The notes: generated by a model not told the origin, from the letters alone. Numbered from the stretch's first letter, positions 1 through 11,042 are shown. The stretch: 64,000 nt of DNA from Alphaproteobacteria bacterium (GCA_030682495.1 JAUXOC010000057.1:98486-162485), one strand, 5' to 3'. Numbers and translations: made by a program.

Positions 1-139
1 AATGAGCCGATGCCTCTGTTTTCATTTTAGCATTTACGCATATGAAAAGCAAATATCTATAAATAACGTTTAGAATCATAACCTTAATATGCCACTCTTT
101 TTTTAGCGCGCAGAGGCTATATTATGACCGGATCGAAAC

Positions 140-2032
140 ATGACCGAAGACACACCACATACCACCGGCACGCCCAACCCCCAGACCACGCGCAGCGGCG
201 CCGCGGTGATTGAAGCCTGCGTCAAAAATCTGCCCGGCAGCCCCGGCGTCTACCGCATGCTGAACGCGGCCGGCGAGCCGCTTTATGTCGGCAAGGCCAA
301 GCATCTGAAAAAGCGCGTGACGGCCTATACCCAGCCGCAAAAACAATCCATCCGTATACAGCGCATGATTGCGGCGACGGCCAGCATGGAATTCACGACC
401 ACGCACACAGAGGCGGAGGCGCTGCTGCTTGAGGCGAACCTCATCAAAAAACTCAAGCCGCGCTATAATATTCTGCTGCGCGACGATAAATCTTTCCCCT
501 ATATCCTGATCACCGGCGACCATGATTATCCGCAGGTGACCAAGCACCGCGGCGCGCGCGACCGCAAGGGCGAATTTTTCGGCCCCTTCGCATCCGGTTT
601 TGCCGTGAATGAAACGCTGGCGGTTTTGCACAAGGCGTTCTTGCTACGCAACTGCTCCGATCATATTTTTGCGCTGCGCACCCGCCCCTGTTTGCAATAT
701 CAGATCAAACGCTGCACCGCACCCTGCGTCGCCAAAGTTACGCAAAGGCAATACGCAGAGCAGGTCGACTTGGCGCGTCAATTCCTTGAAGGCCGCAGCC
801 GCGCCATACAGGAAGATTTCGCCGCAAAGATGCAGGATGCGAGCGAACGGCTGGATTTTGAAGAAGCCGCGACCTACCGCGACCGCATCCGCGCCCTGAC
901 CCAGATACAGGCCGAGCAAACCGTCAACATCGAAGGTATCGACAGCGCCGATGTTTTCGCCATTCACCGCGATGCGGGCGCGTCCTGCGTGCAGGTATTT
1001 TTCTTCCGCGCAGGACAGAATTTTGGCAACCGCGCCTATTTCCCGCGCCATGAGAAAGATGAAGATTCGGCCGCAATCCTCTCCGCCTTTATCGCGCAGT
1101 TTTATATCAACAAGCCTATCCCGCGCGAGATCATCGTCAACGGTGACGTCGAAGCACAGGACGTGATGGAACAGGCGCTGCGCGAGAAAGCCGGATACAA
1201 GGTCACAATCCTGAAACCCCAGCGCGGCGACCGCAAGACGCTGACGGATATGGCCGCCAAGAACGCGCGCGAAGCGCTCGCCCGCCGCATGGCCGATGCG
1301 CAGGTGCAGGAGGCGATGTTTGAAAAACTGGCCGATGTTTTCGGACTCGACAGCCCGCCTGAGCGGATAGAAGTCTATGATAACAGTCATATCGCCGGCA
1401 GCCATACACTGGGTGCCATGGTTGTCGCCACACCCGAAGGCCTGCAAAAAAACGCCTACCGCAAATTCAATGCCAAAGGTGAGATCAAAGGTGGCGACGA
1501 TTACGCCATGATGCGCGAGATGCTGTCGCGCCGCTTTCAATCGCTGCTGAAAGCCGAAGCTGAAGGCCTACCCGCCGTCTGGCCGGACTTGCTGCTGATT
1601 GACGGCGGGCAAGGACAGCTCAGCGCGACGCTGGAGGCGTTGACCGAACTGGGCATCGGCGACCTGCCCGTCGTCGCCATCGCCAAGGGACCTGACCGAA
1701 GCGCAGGGCGGGAGCGTTTTTTTATGCCGGGCCGCGAGCCCTTCAGTCTGCCGCCGGATGATCCGGTTTTGTACTTCCTGCAGCGCCTGCGTGACGAATC
1801 GCACCGATTCGCCATAACATCGCACCGTGCGCGCCGCAGCAAGGCAATCGGCGCCACACCGCTCGATAGCGTGGCCGGTATTGGTGCGCGGCGCAAAAAG
1901 GCGCTGCTTTTACACTTCGGCTCTGCAAAAGCGGTTGCCGAAGCAGGGGTGGCTGATTTACAAAAGGTGGCAGGCATCAGCAAAGCCGTGGCGGAGCGGA
2001 TCTACGCCTTTTTTCACGATACGGATTCCTGA
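140..2032 (+). CDS. uvrC: Excinuclease ABC subunit C (UvrC)
   Basis: 630-aa ORF with an N-terminal GIY-YIG motif (GVYRMLNAAGEPLYVGKAKHLKKRV) and a C-terminal helix-hairpin-helix region (GIGARRKKALLLHFGS). Confidence 0.95.
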   Translation: MTEDTPHTTGTPNPQTTRSGAAVIEACVKNLPGSPGVYRMLNAAGEPLYVGKAKHLKKRVTAYTQPQKQSIRIQRMIAATASMEFTTTHTEAEALLLEANLIKKLKPRYNILLRDDKSFPYILITGDHDYPQVTKHRGARDRKGEFFGPFASGFAVNETLAVLHKAFLLRNCSDHIFALRTRPCLQYQIKRCTAPCVAKVTQRQYAEQVDLARQFLEGRSRAIQEDFAAKMQDASERLDFEEAATYRDRIRALTQIQAEQTVNIEGIDSADVFAIHRDAGASCVQVFFFRAGQNFGNRAYFPRHEKDEDSAAILSAFIAQFYINKPIPREIIVNGDVEAQDVMEQALREKAGYKVTILKPQRGDRKTLTDMAAKNAREALARRMADAQVQEAMFEKLADVFGLDSPPERIEVYDNSHIAGSHTLGAMVVATPEGLQKNAYRKFNAKGEIKGGDDYAMMREMLSRRFQSLLKAEAEGLPAVWPDLLLIDGGQGQLSATLEALTELGIGDLPVVAIAKGPDRSAGRERFFMPGREPFSLPPDDPVLYFLQRLRDESHRFAITSHRARRSKAIGATPLDSVAGIGARRKKALLLHFGSAKAVAEAGVADLQKVAGISKAVAERIYAFFHDTDS

Positions 2033-2057
2033 CCAACAAGGCAAAAAGAGAAAAAGA

Positions 2058-2669
2058 ATGTCCAAACCCAGCATTGTCTTTAACGTTCCCAATTTGCTGT
2101 GCTATTACCGCATCATCATCATTCCGGTCATGGTCGGGCTTTTCTATTTTGACAACGCCGTGACGGCATGGATCAACGTGCTGCTTTTCGCGCTTGCCGG
2201 TCTTTCGGATTTTCTCGATGGCAAAATCGCCCGCGCAACGGGCCAGACGACACTGCTGGGAAAATTCCTCGACTCATCCACCGACAAGATGCTGATCGGC
2301 GCGCTCTTGATGATGCTGGTCGCCTTTGACCGCCTTGACGGTGTCTGGATCATCCCCGCCATGATTATCTTCCTGCGCGAAATTCTGATTGCCGGTGTGC
2401 GCGAATTTATGGCGCTTTATAACGTCATCGTCCCGATTTCTAAAATGGGCAAATGGAAAATGACGATACAGATGTTTTTTATCGGCTTCCTCATTGCCGG
2501 CGAACACGGCGAGATGCTGATCCCCTATGCCTATGAAATCGGCAAGGCCGGCTTTCTTCTCGCCACAGTTATCACCGTGACGTCGGGATACGAATATATG
2601 CGTCAGGCCTGGAAGACCATTCAGGAAATCGACGGTAAAGAAAAAACCTCCACCGCCACCGACATGTGA
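2058..2669 (+). CDS. pgsA: CDP-diacylglycerol--glycerol-3-phosphate 3-phosphatidyltransferase
   Basis: CDP-alcohol phosphatidyltransferase motif DFLDGKIARATGQTTLLGKFLDSSTDK and multiple TM helices. Start moved to ATG 2058 (MSKPSIVF) because the longer ORF from 1827 overlaps uvrC. Confidence 0.9.
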   Translation: MSKPSIVFNVPNLLCYYRIIIIPVMVGLFYFDNAVTAWINVLLFALAGLSDFLDGKIARATGQTTLLGKFLDSSTDKMLIGALLMMLVAFDRLDGVWIIPAMIIFLREILIAGVREFMALYNVIVPISKMGKWKMTIQMFFIGFLIAGEHGEMLIPYAYEIGKAGFLLATVITVTSGYEYMRQAWKTIQEIDGKEKTSTATDM

Positions 2670-2673
2670 TTAT

Positions 2674-3579
2674 TCACAACGATTTGCGCCGCGCTTCGCG
2701 CCAGATCAGGAAAAGCCCCGCGCCGATAATAACCACCGCGCCGATCATGGTGCGCTGGTCGGGCACTTCACCGAACAAGAAATAGCCTAAAAGCGCGCCC
2801 CAGACAATCTGCGTGTAGTGGTACGGCGCGACTGTCGCCGCCGATGGCGCGGTCTGGAAACCAAAAGCAATACACATGACCCCGATTGCGCCCAGAACCC
2901 CCATCATCAGAAAAACGCCAAGGTCATAGAGCGAGGGCGTAATGTAATAAAAAGGCAGGAACGGCAGGCAGGCAAGGATGCTGAAAGCCGAGCCGGAGCA
3001 GATAATCATCGTGCGGCTTTCCTGCGGCCCCAGATGCCGCATCACAATCATCGAACAGGAATAGAAAAAAGCGCCAAGCAAAATCAAGATCGCCCACATA
3101 TCAAACATACCGCCGCCGGGCCGGAAGATATAGACGATCACGGCGAAGCAAAACAGAATGACGGCGATTTTTTCCCGCTCCAGCTTTTCACGCAGGAAAA
3201 TAGCAGAAAGCAAAGCCACCCAGAACGGCGACGTAAAAACCAGCGTGTAAAAAGTTGTCAGCTGGATATGCGGCAAGGCAAGCGTATTGATGATGGCGAC
3301 CACAACCGAGAGACCCGCACGGAAAAAGACCCATTTGGGCTGGCGAATGACAAAAGCCGCGCGCCCCTTGGTCACCGCGCCGTAGACACACATGAAAGCG
3401 ATAATCACAAGACAGTTAAAAGTGATAATCTGCGAGAAATGGAATTTACCCGCCAGCACCTTGACGGCGGCATCGCCGATATTGAAGTAGCCATAGGCCA
3501 CGCAGGTGGCCAGAATGGCGATGAGGGTTTGCTTACGACGGTCGGGCGTTCCTGCGGCGGAGAGATCCGGGGCTGACAT
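2674..3579 (-). CDS. EamA/DMT-family transporter
   Basis: 301 aa, about 10 hydrophobic helices arranged as two EamA-like halves. Its 5' end overlaps the cdd 3' end by 47 nt. Confidence 0.8.
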   Translation of the reverse strand: MSAPDLSAAGTPDRRKQTLIAILATCVAYGYFNIGDAAVKVLAGKFHFSQIITFNCLVIIAFMCVYGAVTKGRAAFVIRQPKWVFFRAGLSVVVAIINTLALPHIQLTTFYTLVFTSPFWVALLSAIFLREKLEREKIAVILFCFAVIVYIFRPGGGMFDMWAILILLGAFFYSCSMIVMRHLGPQESRTMIICSGSAFSILACLPFLPFYYITPSLYDLGVFLMMGVLGAIGVMCIAFGFQTAPSAATVAPYHYTQIVWGALLGYFLFGEVPDQRTMIGAVVIIGAGLFLIWREARRKSL

Positions 3580-4123
3580 TCTTTTTGTTCTTTTTAATGG
3601 TCTTGGTTGCTTTGTTTTTCACACGCTCTTTTTTTTGCTTACCGCCGGCCGTTTTGGCGCCGGCTGCGGACTTCGTCTGCGGCAAGGCCCCCACCTCCTG
3701 CAAGTTTTCAGGGCCGAAAGATTGCGGCAGCAAATCGGCCATCGCATGGGTCGCACCGTGACGTCCGTCTTTCCACATCGAATAAATTTGCGTATCCGGC
3801 GCGCAAAATTCGCGCAGACGCTGGCGGCAATCACCGCAGGGGGTGCAAAGGTATTGCATCGACGGGCCGACGACCACAACGGCGCGGATATCGCGCTCGC
3901 CCGCCGTCACCATCGCCGAAATAGCCGATGCTTCGGCGCAGACGCCTTTGTAATGCGCCACTTCGACATTGGCACCCGCATAAACCTTGCCGCTGGCCGT
4001 CACCAGCGCCACCCCGACCGGATGGTTGGAATAAGGGCAATAGGCGCGGTTCCGCGCCGCCGCAGCAACCTTGGCAAGCGCGGCCAGTTTTTGTGGGGTC
4101 AGCTTCGTTCCGCCCCGCGTCAT
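3533..4123 (-). CDS. cdd: Cytidine deaminase with Lys-rich C-terminal tail
   Basis: Zinc-ligand motifs CAEASAI and PCGDCRQ. Carries an extra ~60-aa basic tail (KQKKERVKNKATKTIKKNKKN). Confidence 0.85.
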   Translation of the reverse strand: MTRGGTKLTPQKLAALAKVAAAARNRAYCPYSNHPVGVALVTASGKVYAGANVEVAHYKGVCAEASAISAMVTAGERDIRAVVVVGPSMQYLCTPCGDCRQRLREFCAPDTQIYSMWKDGRHGATHAMADLLPQSFGPENLQEVGALPQTKSAAGAKTAGGKQKKERVKNKATKTIKKNKKNVSPGSLRRRNARPS

Positions 4124-5442
4124 GCTGCAATCCTCCGCCGGATAATATCCCCCTCTTGCGCCGCCGCCGCGGAAACCGTCATGACAGTTTTCAGCGTCTG
4201 CGCCATTTTTTCAAAACTATCTTCATCCCGCGCATGCACGGTGGCCAGCGGGCGGCCGCCCTTGCCGACAGCTTCCCCCAGCGCGGCAATATTGGTCAGG
4301 CCGACAGCATGATCGACATGATCGGTCGGTTTGCTGCGCCCGCCGCCCAGCTCGACAATGCCAATGCCGACACCGCGCGCATCCACCGCTGTGACATGTC
4401 CGTTTTCATCCGGAAAGACATCACGCACAACGGGTGCGGGTTTCAGGAATTTTTCCGGCGCATCGATAAATCCGGCAGGGCCGCCAAGTATGCCTACCAT
4501 GCGCGCAAACTGCGCCGCAGCTTTTCCGTTCCCCAGCACCTCGGCAATTTTTGCGCGGGCATCAAGCGTATCTTTTGCCAGCTTGCCCAGCACCAAAAGC
4601 TCTGCCGTCAGCGCGGCGGTCACTTCATAAAGACGCGCATCGACATCGATACCTTTCAGAAAATCGACAGCTTCTTTGACCTCGACCGCATTTCCCGCGG
4701 TGCGGCCGAGCACCTGATTCATATCAGTCAAAAGTCCGACGGTGGGCAGTCCTGCGCCATTGGCGACCTGCACAATGCTTTCGGCCAGCGCCTGTGCATC
4801 GCCGTAGTCCTGCATAAAAGCACCTGTACCAAACTTGACATCCATCACCAGCCCATCCAGACCCGCAGCCAGTTTTTTGGACAAAATCGACGCCGTGATA
4901 AGGTCGAGAGATTCAACCGTGCCGGTCACGTCGCGGATGGCATAGATAATACGGTCTGCGGGAGCCAGATCGGGCGTTGCGCCGATAATGGCGCAGCCTG
5001 CCTCGCGCACGGTTTTTTTGAAAAGGGTGATATCCGGCTGCGATACATAGCCCGGAATGGCGTCCATCTTATCGAGTGTGCCGCCCGTATGGCCAAGCCC
5101 CCGCCCCGACAGCATCGGCACAAAAGCGCCGCAAGCGGCAAGGATCGGGGCGAGCATCAGGCTTACCTTATCACCGACTCCGCCGGTCGAATGCTTATCA
5201 AGGATCGGCCCGGGCAGGTTTTCAGACGCCCATGACATCACCGTGCCGGAGCTGGCCATAGCGGATGTCAGGGCGACACGCTCCGCCATATCCATCTTTT
5301 TCAGAAGCACGGCCATGCAAAAGGCTGCGACCTGCCCTTCGCTGACGCGACCTTTGGTCACGCCTTCGATAAAGCTGCGGATATCGGTATCGGACAGTTT
5401 TCCGCCATCGCGTTTTTTACGAATGATTTCCTGTGGAAGCAT
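4120..5442 (-). CDS. deoA: Thymidine phosphorylase
   Basis: 440 aa with motifs HSTGGVGDK and GRGLGHTGGTLDK. 4-nt overlap with cdd. Confidence 0.9.
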   Translation of the reverse strand: MLPQEIIRKKRDGGKLSDTDIRSFIEGVTKGRVSEGQVAAFCMAVLLKKMDMAERVALTSAMASSGTVMSWASENLPGPILDKHSTGGVGDKVSLMLAPILAACGAFVPMLSGRGLGHTGGTLDKMDAIPGYVSQPDITLFKKTVREAGCAIIGATPDLAPADRIIYAIRDVTGTVESLDLITASILSKKLAAGLDGLVMDVKFGTGAFMQDYGDAQALAESIVQVANGAGLPTVGLLTDMNQVLGRTAGNAVEVKEAVDFLKGIDVDARLYEVTAALTAELLVLGKLAKDTLDARAKIAEVLGNGKAAAQFARMVGILGGPAGFIDAPEKFLKPAPVVRDVFPDENGHVTAVDARGVGIGIVELGGGRSKPTDHVDHAVGLTNIAALGEAVGKGGRPLATVHARDEDSFEKMAQTLKTVMTVSAAAAQEGDIIRRRIAA

Positions 5443-5522
5443 GGCTGTCGCATCCTTACATTTTTAAAAACAATGCACGGTTTTAGTTGCATTTTTTTGC
5501 TAATTGACCAATATCATTATCC

Positions 5523-6728
5523 ATGATTTCAAAGGCCTTTAACAACATCGAAAATCAAACGCGCCGCGTGCAGCAGTTTTTTAAGCTGGAATCGGCCGGC
5601 GGCATCGTGCTGATTTTCGCCGCCGCCCTCGCCATGATTATGGCCAATACAGGGCTGGCGACGTTTTATGACCATTTGATCCACACAAAAGTCGGCGTCT
5701 ATTTCGGGGAATTCGATTTTTCCAAACAGCTGCTGCACTGGATCAACGACGGGTTGATGGCGATTTTCTTCTTCCTCGTCGGGCTTGAAATCAAGCGCGA
5801 ACTTCTGGGGGGGCAACTCTCGTCCAAAGAAAACGCTATTCTGCCCGCACTCGCGGCCATTGGCGGCATGGCCGTGCCGGCACTTGTATATGTTTTCATC
5901 AACCGCGACCATCCCGAACTGCTTCACGGCTGGGCCATCCCTTCGGCGACAGATATCGCCTTTGCGCTCGGCATCCTGTCGCTGCTTGGCAAACGCGCCC
6001 CTATCTCGCTCAAAGTCCTGCTGACGGCCATTGCCGTGATCGACGACCTCGGCGCGGTTATCATTATCGCCCTCTTTTACACCGACGGGCTTTCCATGCA
6101 GGCACTGGGTGCGGCCAGTGTGTTTATCGCCATGCTGGCGGCCATGAACCGGCTTGGCGTACGGCGTGGCGCCGCCTATGTTCTGGTCGGGGTCTTCCTG
6201 TGGCTGGCTGTTCTGAAATCCGGCGTGCATGCCACGCTGGCCGGTGTTATCACGGCGCTCTTTATTCCCTACCGTAAGCCGGACGGCAGCAAAGACAGCA
6301 AGAACCTGATTGCCGAGATGGAACATGCGCTGCACCCTTGGGTCGCGTTTATGATTATGCCGGTTTTTGCCTTCGCCAATGCGGGCGTATCCTTGTCCGG
6401 CGTCAGCTTTTCAGACCTGCTCAATCCGCTGCCGCTGGGCATTATGGCGGGTTTGATTATCGGCAAACAGACCGGTATTTTCTTCACGATTTACGCCGCT
6501 GTCAAAACCGGCCTCAGCCCGATGCCGAAAAACACCACGTGGTTCCAGATCTACGCCCTCAGCGCGCTGTGTGGCATCGGCTTTACCATGAGTCTGTTTA
6601 TCGGCACCCTCGCCTTTAGCGATCCGTCGTTTATGGCGCCGGTGCGTCTGGGTGTACTGGGAGGGTCGATCATATCCGCCATTACCGGTTACCTGCTGAT
6701 CCGCCTGACCTGTAAAAACAAGACCTGA
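5523..6728 (+). CDS. nhaA: Na+/H+ antiporter NhaA
   Basis: 401-aa polytopic membrane protein with the NhaA signature region AIAVIDDLGAVIIIALFYT. Confidence 0.9.
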   Translation: MISKAFNNIENQTRRVQQFFKLESAGGIVLIFAAALAMIMANTGLATFYDHLIHTKVGVYFGEFDFSKQLLHWINDGLMAIFFFLVGLEIKRELLGGQLSSKENAILPALAAIGGMAVPALVYVFINRDHPELLHGWAIPSATDIAFALGILSLLGKRAPISLKVLLTAIAVIDDLGAVIIIALFYTDGLSMQALGAASVFIAMLAAMNRLGVRRGAAYVLVGVFLWLAVLKSGVHATLAGVITALFIPYRKPDGSKDSKNLIAEMEHALHPWVAFMIMPVFAFANAGVSLSGVSFSDLLNPLPLGIMAGLIIGKQTGIFFTIYAAVKTGLSPMPKNTTWFQIYALSALCGIGFTMSLFIGTLAFSDPSFMAPVRLGVLGGSIISAITGYLLIRLTCKNKT

Positions 6729-6745
6729 ACAAACAGAGGTTCCCC

Positions 6746-8200
6746 ATGACACAGCCCGCCCCCGTGACCGTTGCCTATGGTGATGGCATCGGCCCCGAGA
6801 TCATGACCGTCACACTCGACATCCTCGACAAAGCTGGTGCGAAGCTGGCGATTGAAACAATCGAGATCGGGGAAAAGGTTTACAAACACGGCATCGCTTC
6901 GGGAATTGAAGACAGCGCATGGGAATCCCTGTCGCGCACCAAATGCTTTTTGAAAGCCCCTATCACCACGCCGCAGGGCGGCGGCTTTAAAAGCCTCAAC
7001 GTCACGGTGCGTAAATCCATGGCGCTGTTTGCCAATATCCGCCCCTGCGTGTCTTATCACCCCTTTGTGCGCACGACGCAGCCGACAATGGACATGGTTA
7101 TTGTGCGGGAGAACGAAGAGGACCTCTACGCCGGTATCGAACACCGCCAGACCGATAACGTCATGCAGTGCCTGAAGCTGATCTCGGAAACGGGGTCGGA
7201 GCGCATCATCCGCTATGCCTTTGAATACGCGCGCGCACATGGCCGTAAAAAAGTCACCTGTATCTCCAAAGACAACATCATGAAGATGACAGACGGACTA
7301 TTCCACAGCGTTTTCGACCGCGTGGGTGCAGAGTATCCGGAGCTGGAAAAGAACCACATGATTGTCGATATCGGCGCCGCCAAGATCGCTGCCGCGCCGC
7401 ATATTTTCGATGTCGTCGTCACAGAGAACCTTTATGGCGATATTATTTCGGATATTGCCGCTGAAGTTTCCGGCTCGGTCGGGCTTTGCGGGTCGTCCAA
7501 TATCGGTCAGCATGGCGCGATGTTTGAAGCCATTCACGGCTCCGCCCCTGATATCGCCGGGCAAGGCATCGCTAACCCTTCCGGTCTTTTACATGCCGCT
7601 GTATTGATGCTACACCACGTCGGGCAAGGCGATATCGCCGATAAAATTCACAACGCATGGCTGAAAACGATTGAAGACGGCATACATACGGGCGATGTTT
7701 TCAACCCGCAAATCAGCAAGCGCCGTGCCAATACTGCTGAATTCGCAGCCGCCGTGATTGAACGCCTTGGCCAGACACCCTCACACTTCAAAACCGCAGG
7801 CGGTGCAGACACAAAGCAGCATACCATCCGCATGCCGGTCATTTCGCTGCCGAAACCGGCTGTCAAAACCCTGCACGGCGTCGATGTCTTTTTGCACTGG
7901 CGCGATGAGCGCGCGGTCGAAGCTCTCGCCGCACAAATCAAATCACTGAGCACCAGCCTGAAGCTTTCCAGTATCGACAGCCGCGGCCTGCTGGTCTGGC
8001 CGGAAAGCGTTGCCAAATCCGAAAAGGGTGACCATTGGCGCTGCCGCTTCCTCGCTGCAAACGACGGCGATACCGTAACGCATGCGCAAATCGTGCAGCT
8101 TCTGCACGACATTTCAGAAAGCGGCCTTGATTTCATCAAGATCGAAAATCTTTATTATTTCGACGGGAAACGCGGCTTTACCGTAGCTCAGGGACAGTAA
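6746..8200 (+). CDS. icd: Isocitrate dehydrogenase (long ~480-aa form)
   Basis: Isocitrate/isopropylmalate dehydrogenase motifs NLYGDIISD and [14 protein letters not shown], plus a ~130-aa C-terminal extension. Confidence 0.85.
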   Translation: MTQPAPVTVAYGDGIGPEIMTVTLDILDKAGAKLAIETIEIGEKVYKHGIASGIEDSAWESLSRTKCFLKAPITTPQGGGFKSLNVTVRKSMALFANIRPCVSYHPFVRTTQPTMDMVIVRENEEDLYAGIEHRQTDNVMQCLKLISETGSERIIRYAFEYARAHGRKKVTCISKDNIMKMTDGLFHSVFDRVGAEYPELEKNHMIVDIGAAKIAAAPHIFDVVVTENLYGDIISDIAAEVSGSVGLCGSSNIGQHGAMFEAIHGSAPDIAGQGIANPSGLLHAAVLMLHHVGQGDIADKIHNAWLKTIEDGIHTGDVFNPQISKRRANTAEFAAAVIERLGQTPSHFKTAGGADTKQHTIRMPVISLPKPAVKTLHGVDVFLHWRDERAVEALAAQIKSLSTSLKLSSIDSRGLLVWPESVAKSEKGDHWRCRFLAANDGDTVTHAQIVQLLHDISESGLDFIKIENLYYFDGKRGFTVAQGQ

Positions 8201-9080
8201 GCTCGTTCTGGCGGCAACAGGCCGCAACGGTATTGCCCAGCAGGCAAGCGATGGTCATGGGCCCAACGCCACCCGGCACGGGCGTAATATAACCGGCAAC
8301 ACCGCGCACATCGTCAAAATCCACATCGCCGACAATACGCCCGCCATCGCGGTTGATGCCGACATCCAGCACAATCGCGCCCGGCTTGACCCAGTCCGCT
8401 TTGACAAGCTGAGGCTTGCCCACCGCGACCACCAGAATATCCGCCTGCCGCGTGATATGCGGCAGCTGCGGCGTGCGGGAATGCGCAATGGTCACTGTGC
8501 AGTTTTCGCGCAGAAGCAATTGCGCCATCGGCTTGCCGACAAGGTTAGAGCGCCCGACGACAACTGCGTGCAGACCCGACATATTCGGCACAATGCCGCG
8601 CAAAAGCGTCAGACAGCCCAGCGGCGTACAGGGCACCAGCCCCGGCAAGCCAGAGGCAAGCCTACCGGCATTTTCAATGTGCAGCCCGTCGACATCTTTG
8701 GCGGGGTCAATGACGCGCAGCACGGTCGCTGTATCAATTTGCTTAGGCAGCGGCATCTGCACCAGAATGCCGTGGACTTTTTTATCCTTGTTCAGTTTAC
8801 GCAGCAATTCCAGCAGCGCATCCTGCGATGTGTTTTTGGGCAATCGGTGCACATAGCTGCGCAGACCGGCGGCAACCGCCATTTTTTCTTTATTCGCAAC
8901 GTAAATCTGGCTGGCGGGATCGTCACCGACCAATACCACAGCCAGACCCGGCATGATTTTATGATCGCCGACCAAAACCTCGACATGATGCGCGATCGAC
9001 TGGCGGAGTTTTTTGGCAACGGCTTTCCCGTCGATGACCACGCCCTGTCCGGCTGTTGTTTTCTGCTCGCTCATCCCCAT
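8178..9080 (-). CDS. folD: Bifunctional methylenetetrahydrofolate dehydrogenase/cyclohydrolase
   Basis: 300 aa with typical FolD blocks ([37 protein letters not shown]). Its 3' end overlaps icd by 23 nt (convergent). Confidence 0.95.
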   Translation of the reverse strand: MGMSEQKTTAGQGVVIDGKAVAKKLRQSIAHHVEVLVGDHKIMPGLAVVLVGDDPASQIYVANKEKMAVAAGLRSYVHRLPKNTSQDALLELLRKLNKDKKVHGILVQMPLPKQIDTATVLRVIDPAKDVDGLHIENAGRLASGLPGLVPCTPLGCLTLLRGIVPNMSGLHAVVVGRSNLVGKPMAQLLLRENCTVTIAHSRTPQLPHITRQADILVVAVGKPQLVKADWVKPGAIVLDVGINRDGGRIVGDVDFDDVRGVAGYITPVPGGVGPMTIACLLGNTVAACCRQNELTVPELR

Positions 9081-9110
9081 ATCCCCGCCCCTGTCTGAAA
9101 AAATAAAGAA

Positions 9111-9413
9111 TTAATGTGCGATATAAAAAGCCAGCCGCTGCAGGCCTTCCATCAGCAGCCAGATGACGAAGATAATCACCATCGGCGTGAAATCAAACCC
9201 GCCCATGGGCGGTACAAACCGCCGCACCACCCGCACCACAGGTATGGTGGCAAGGTTGAGCACCAGACAGAATTTATAAACATATTTGTTGCGGGTATTG
9301 GCGATATTCAGCGCGACCAGCCAGCTCATCAGCACCGTGGCGGTCACGATCCAGAAATAGACCATCAGGCCGTACATCAGAATTTGGATCAGCAGCAGCA
9401 ATATCGCGGTCAT
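9111..9413 (-). CDS. YggT-family membrane protein
   Basis: 100 aa with two hydrophobic helices and YggT-like size and pattern. Confidence 0.7.
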   Translation of the reverse strand: MTAILLLLIQILMYGLMVYFWIVTATVLMSWLVALNIANTRNKYVYKFCLVLNLATIPVVRVVRRFVPPMGGFDFTPMVIIFVIWLLMEGLQRLAFYIAH

Positions 9414-9626
9414 CGAAACTTCCTTTGCTTCAGGCTATACCGACCGCCTGCGCCCTGCAAGGCATGATTGGCTTTTTTGAACGCCAAGTCCTTATTTTAT
9501 CGCCAAAATTTCCTTGAAGCCCGCGCATATTTAACAGATGATTAATCAACATACGGCACAATGTCCACAGCGGGTGTCCAGCCTGCCCATTCTGCCGATA
9601 TCCGCCCACACGAAGGAGCCGGAACC

Positions 9627-11042
9627 ATGCACCGCCTTTTCATCCGTTCGCTTTGCGCCGCACTTGTTTTGATGTCTCTGATGCCCGCTGCCGCCGGCGC
9701 TCAATCTCTGACGCTGGAGCTCGGCAAAACGATGCAGATGACGCAGCTGACATCCGGCGCCGCCGCTTCTTCCGGCGCGCAAAGCAGCGAACAAACCGTG
9801 ACGCTCTATCCGGACGCCTATAGCAGCCGCGCAGGGCAGACCGAGAACATCTACGATTTCGGCAAAAAAACGTTCACGGTCGTCAATCATGGCGCACAGG
9901 TTTATACTGTATACCCTCTGCACAGCGTGGCCATCTTCCGCTCCCGCGACCGCCTCAACCGTTTGGGTATGAAGATAAATCTTTATCAGCAAAGCGCGGG
10001 TGGCACGACATTGCCGATCAGCGTTTTGACCGAAGACATTGATATCGACATGATGCTGTCAGGCAGCAGCAACAACAAAACTGCAGGAAAGATTAAAGCC
10101 CAGAAAGACGGCGACAAAACCACCTATACCGATGGAAAAACCCTGACGCTGGCAAGCGCCACAGCCGGCAGCAATACTGTGCCGCAGCCGCTACGAAAGA
10201 CGTTCGCAAAGTTTTTCGTGTACGAATTTTCCCTGCATCCGGAAATCAAAAAACAACTGGGCACGCAGGCCAATATTTTCAAATCGCTTGAATTCACAAA
10301 CCGCGACATGTTCCGCAACCTTGCCGTCACCTATACATGGACGCTGAAAAGTGTCGCGGCCAGTGACGCCGCAGCACCGCAAATCTCCGAAGATTACAAA
10401 CGGATATACCATGCCGATGCGGAAATCGACGCGGCTTTCAAAGCGGCTCTGACCCCCTATGTCTTCGATGCTGCCGCTTTCCAGGAACAGACCGCAGCGT
10501 TGATCGACAAACGCCAGTACCTGAGCGCTTTTCTCAAAGCGCAGGAAGCGCGCCTGTCCATGACCGTCTCCGAACTGGCTGCACAGCAAAACACCTTCAA
10601 TGCCGCCGTTAAAGCCGCACAGAACTTCGAGAAAGGGACATATCTTTCCATCGTCCAAACACCGGACAACGATGCAGAACTGAAGCAGTATGTCAGCTTC
10701 CTTGAAAACGCAAAGACACGCGCAGAAGAGATGGCTTGGCTGCTTGATTTCTATATCTCCAGCCGCACGCGCGAGGCCCTGCTGAAAAAGCAACAACTCG
10801 GCAAGGCCGACACAGAAAAGCTGGCGCAAGCCCGCCAGCAGATACTCGCAACACTCAAAAAACTGCCGCACCATCTGCCCATCTATCAGCAAATGGCAGA
10901 GACCCACTTTTCGGCACTGGAAGTGCCCACAGCCATGCTCTATTGGTCACATATTGCCGAGATTGACCCCAGTGCCCCGATTGCAAAATCCTTGGCAGCG
11001 ATGAAAGCGGAAACAGAAAAAGATTTTCCGGAGTATTTCTGA
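9627..11042 (+). CDS. Secreted hypothetical protein
   Basis: Start set at ATG 9627, preceded by GAAGGAG. Signal peptide MHRLFIRSLCAALVLMSLMPAAAGAQS. Beta-rich N half and helical C half, with no motif I recognise. Confidence 0.6.
   Translation: MHRLFIRSLCAALVLMSLMPAAAGAQSLTLELGKTMQMTQLTSGAAASSGAQSSEQTVTLYPDAYSSRAGQTENIYDFGKKTFTVVNHGAQVYTVYPLHSVAIFRSRDRLNRLGMKINLYQQSAGGTTLPISVLTEDIDIDMMLSGSSNNKTAGKIKAQKDGDKTTYTDGKTLTLASATAGSNTVPQPLRKTFAKFFVYEFSLHPEIKKQLGTQANIFKSLEFTNRDMFRNLAVTYTWTLKSVAASDAAAPQISEDYKRIYHADAEIDAAFKAALTPYVFDAAAFQEQTAALIDKRQYLSAFLKAQEARLSMTVSELAAQQNTFNAAVKAAQNFEKGTYLSIVQTPDNDAELKQYVSFLENAKTRAEEMAWLLDFYISSRTREALLKKQQLGKADTEKLAQARQQILATLKKLPHHLPIYQQMAETHFSALEVPTAMLYWSHIAEIDPSAPIAKSLAAMKAETEKDFPEYF

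Noticed and set aside
1827-2057. Upstream extension of the pgsA ORF (280-aa version) overlapping the uvrC 3' end.
   Set aside because: The extension is Arg/Ala-rich with no PgsA homology pattern. ATG 2058 yields a canonical-length protein starting just after the uvrC stop.
8178-8200. 23-nt convergent overlap of the icd and folD 3' ends as a possible regulatory antisense arrangement.
   Set aside because: Short convergent overlaps are common in compact genomes, and nothing else in the sequence suggests a specific function.
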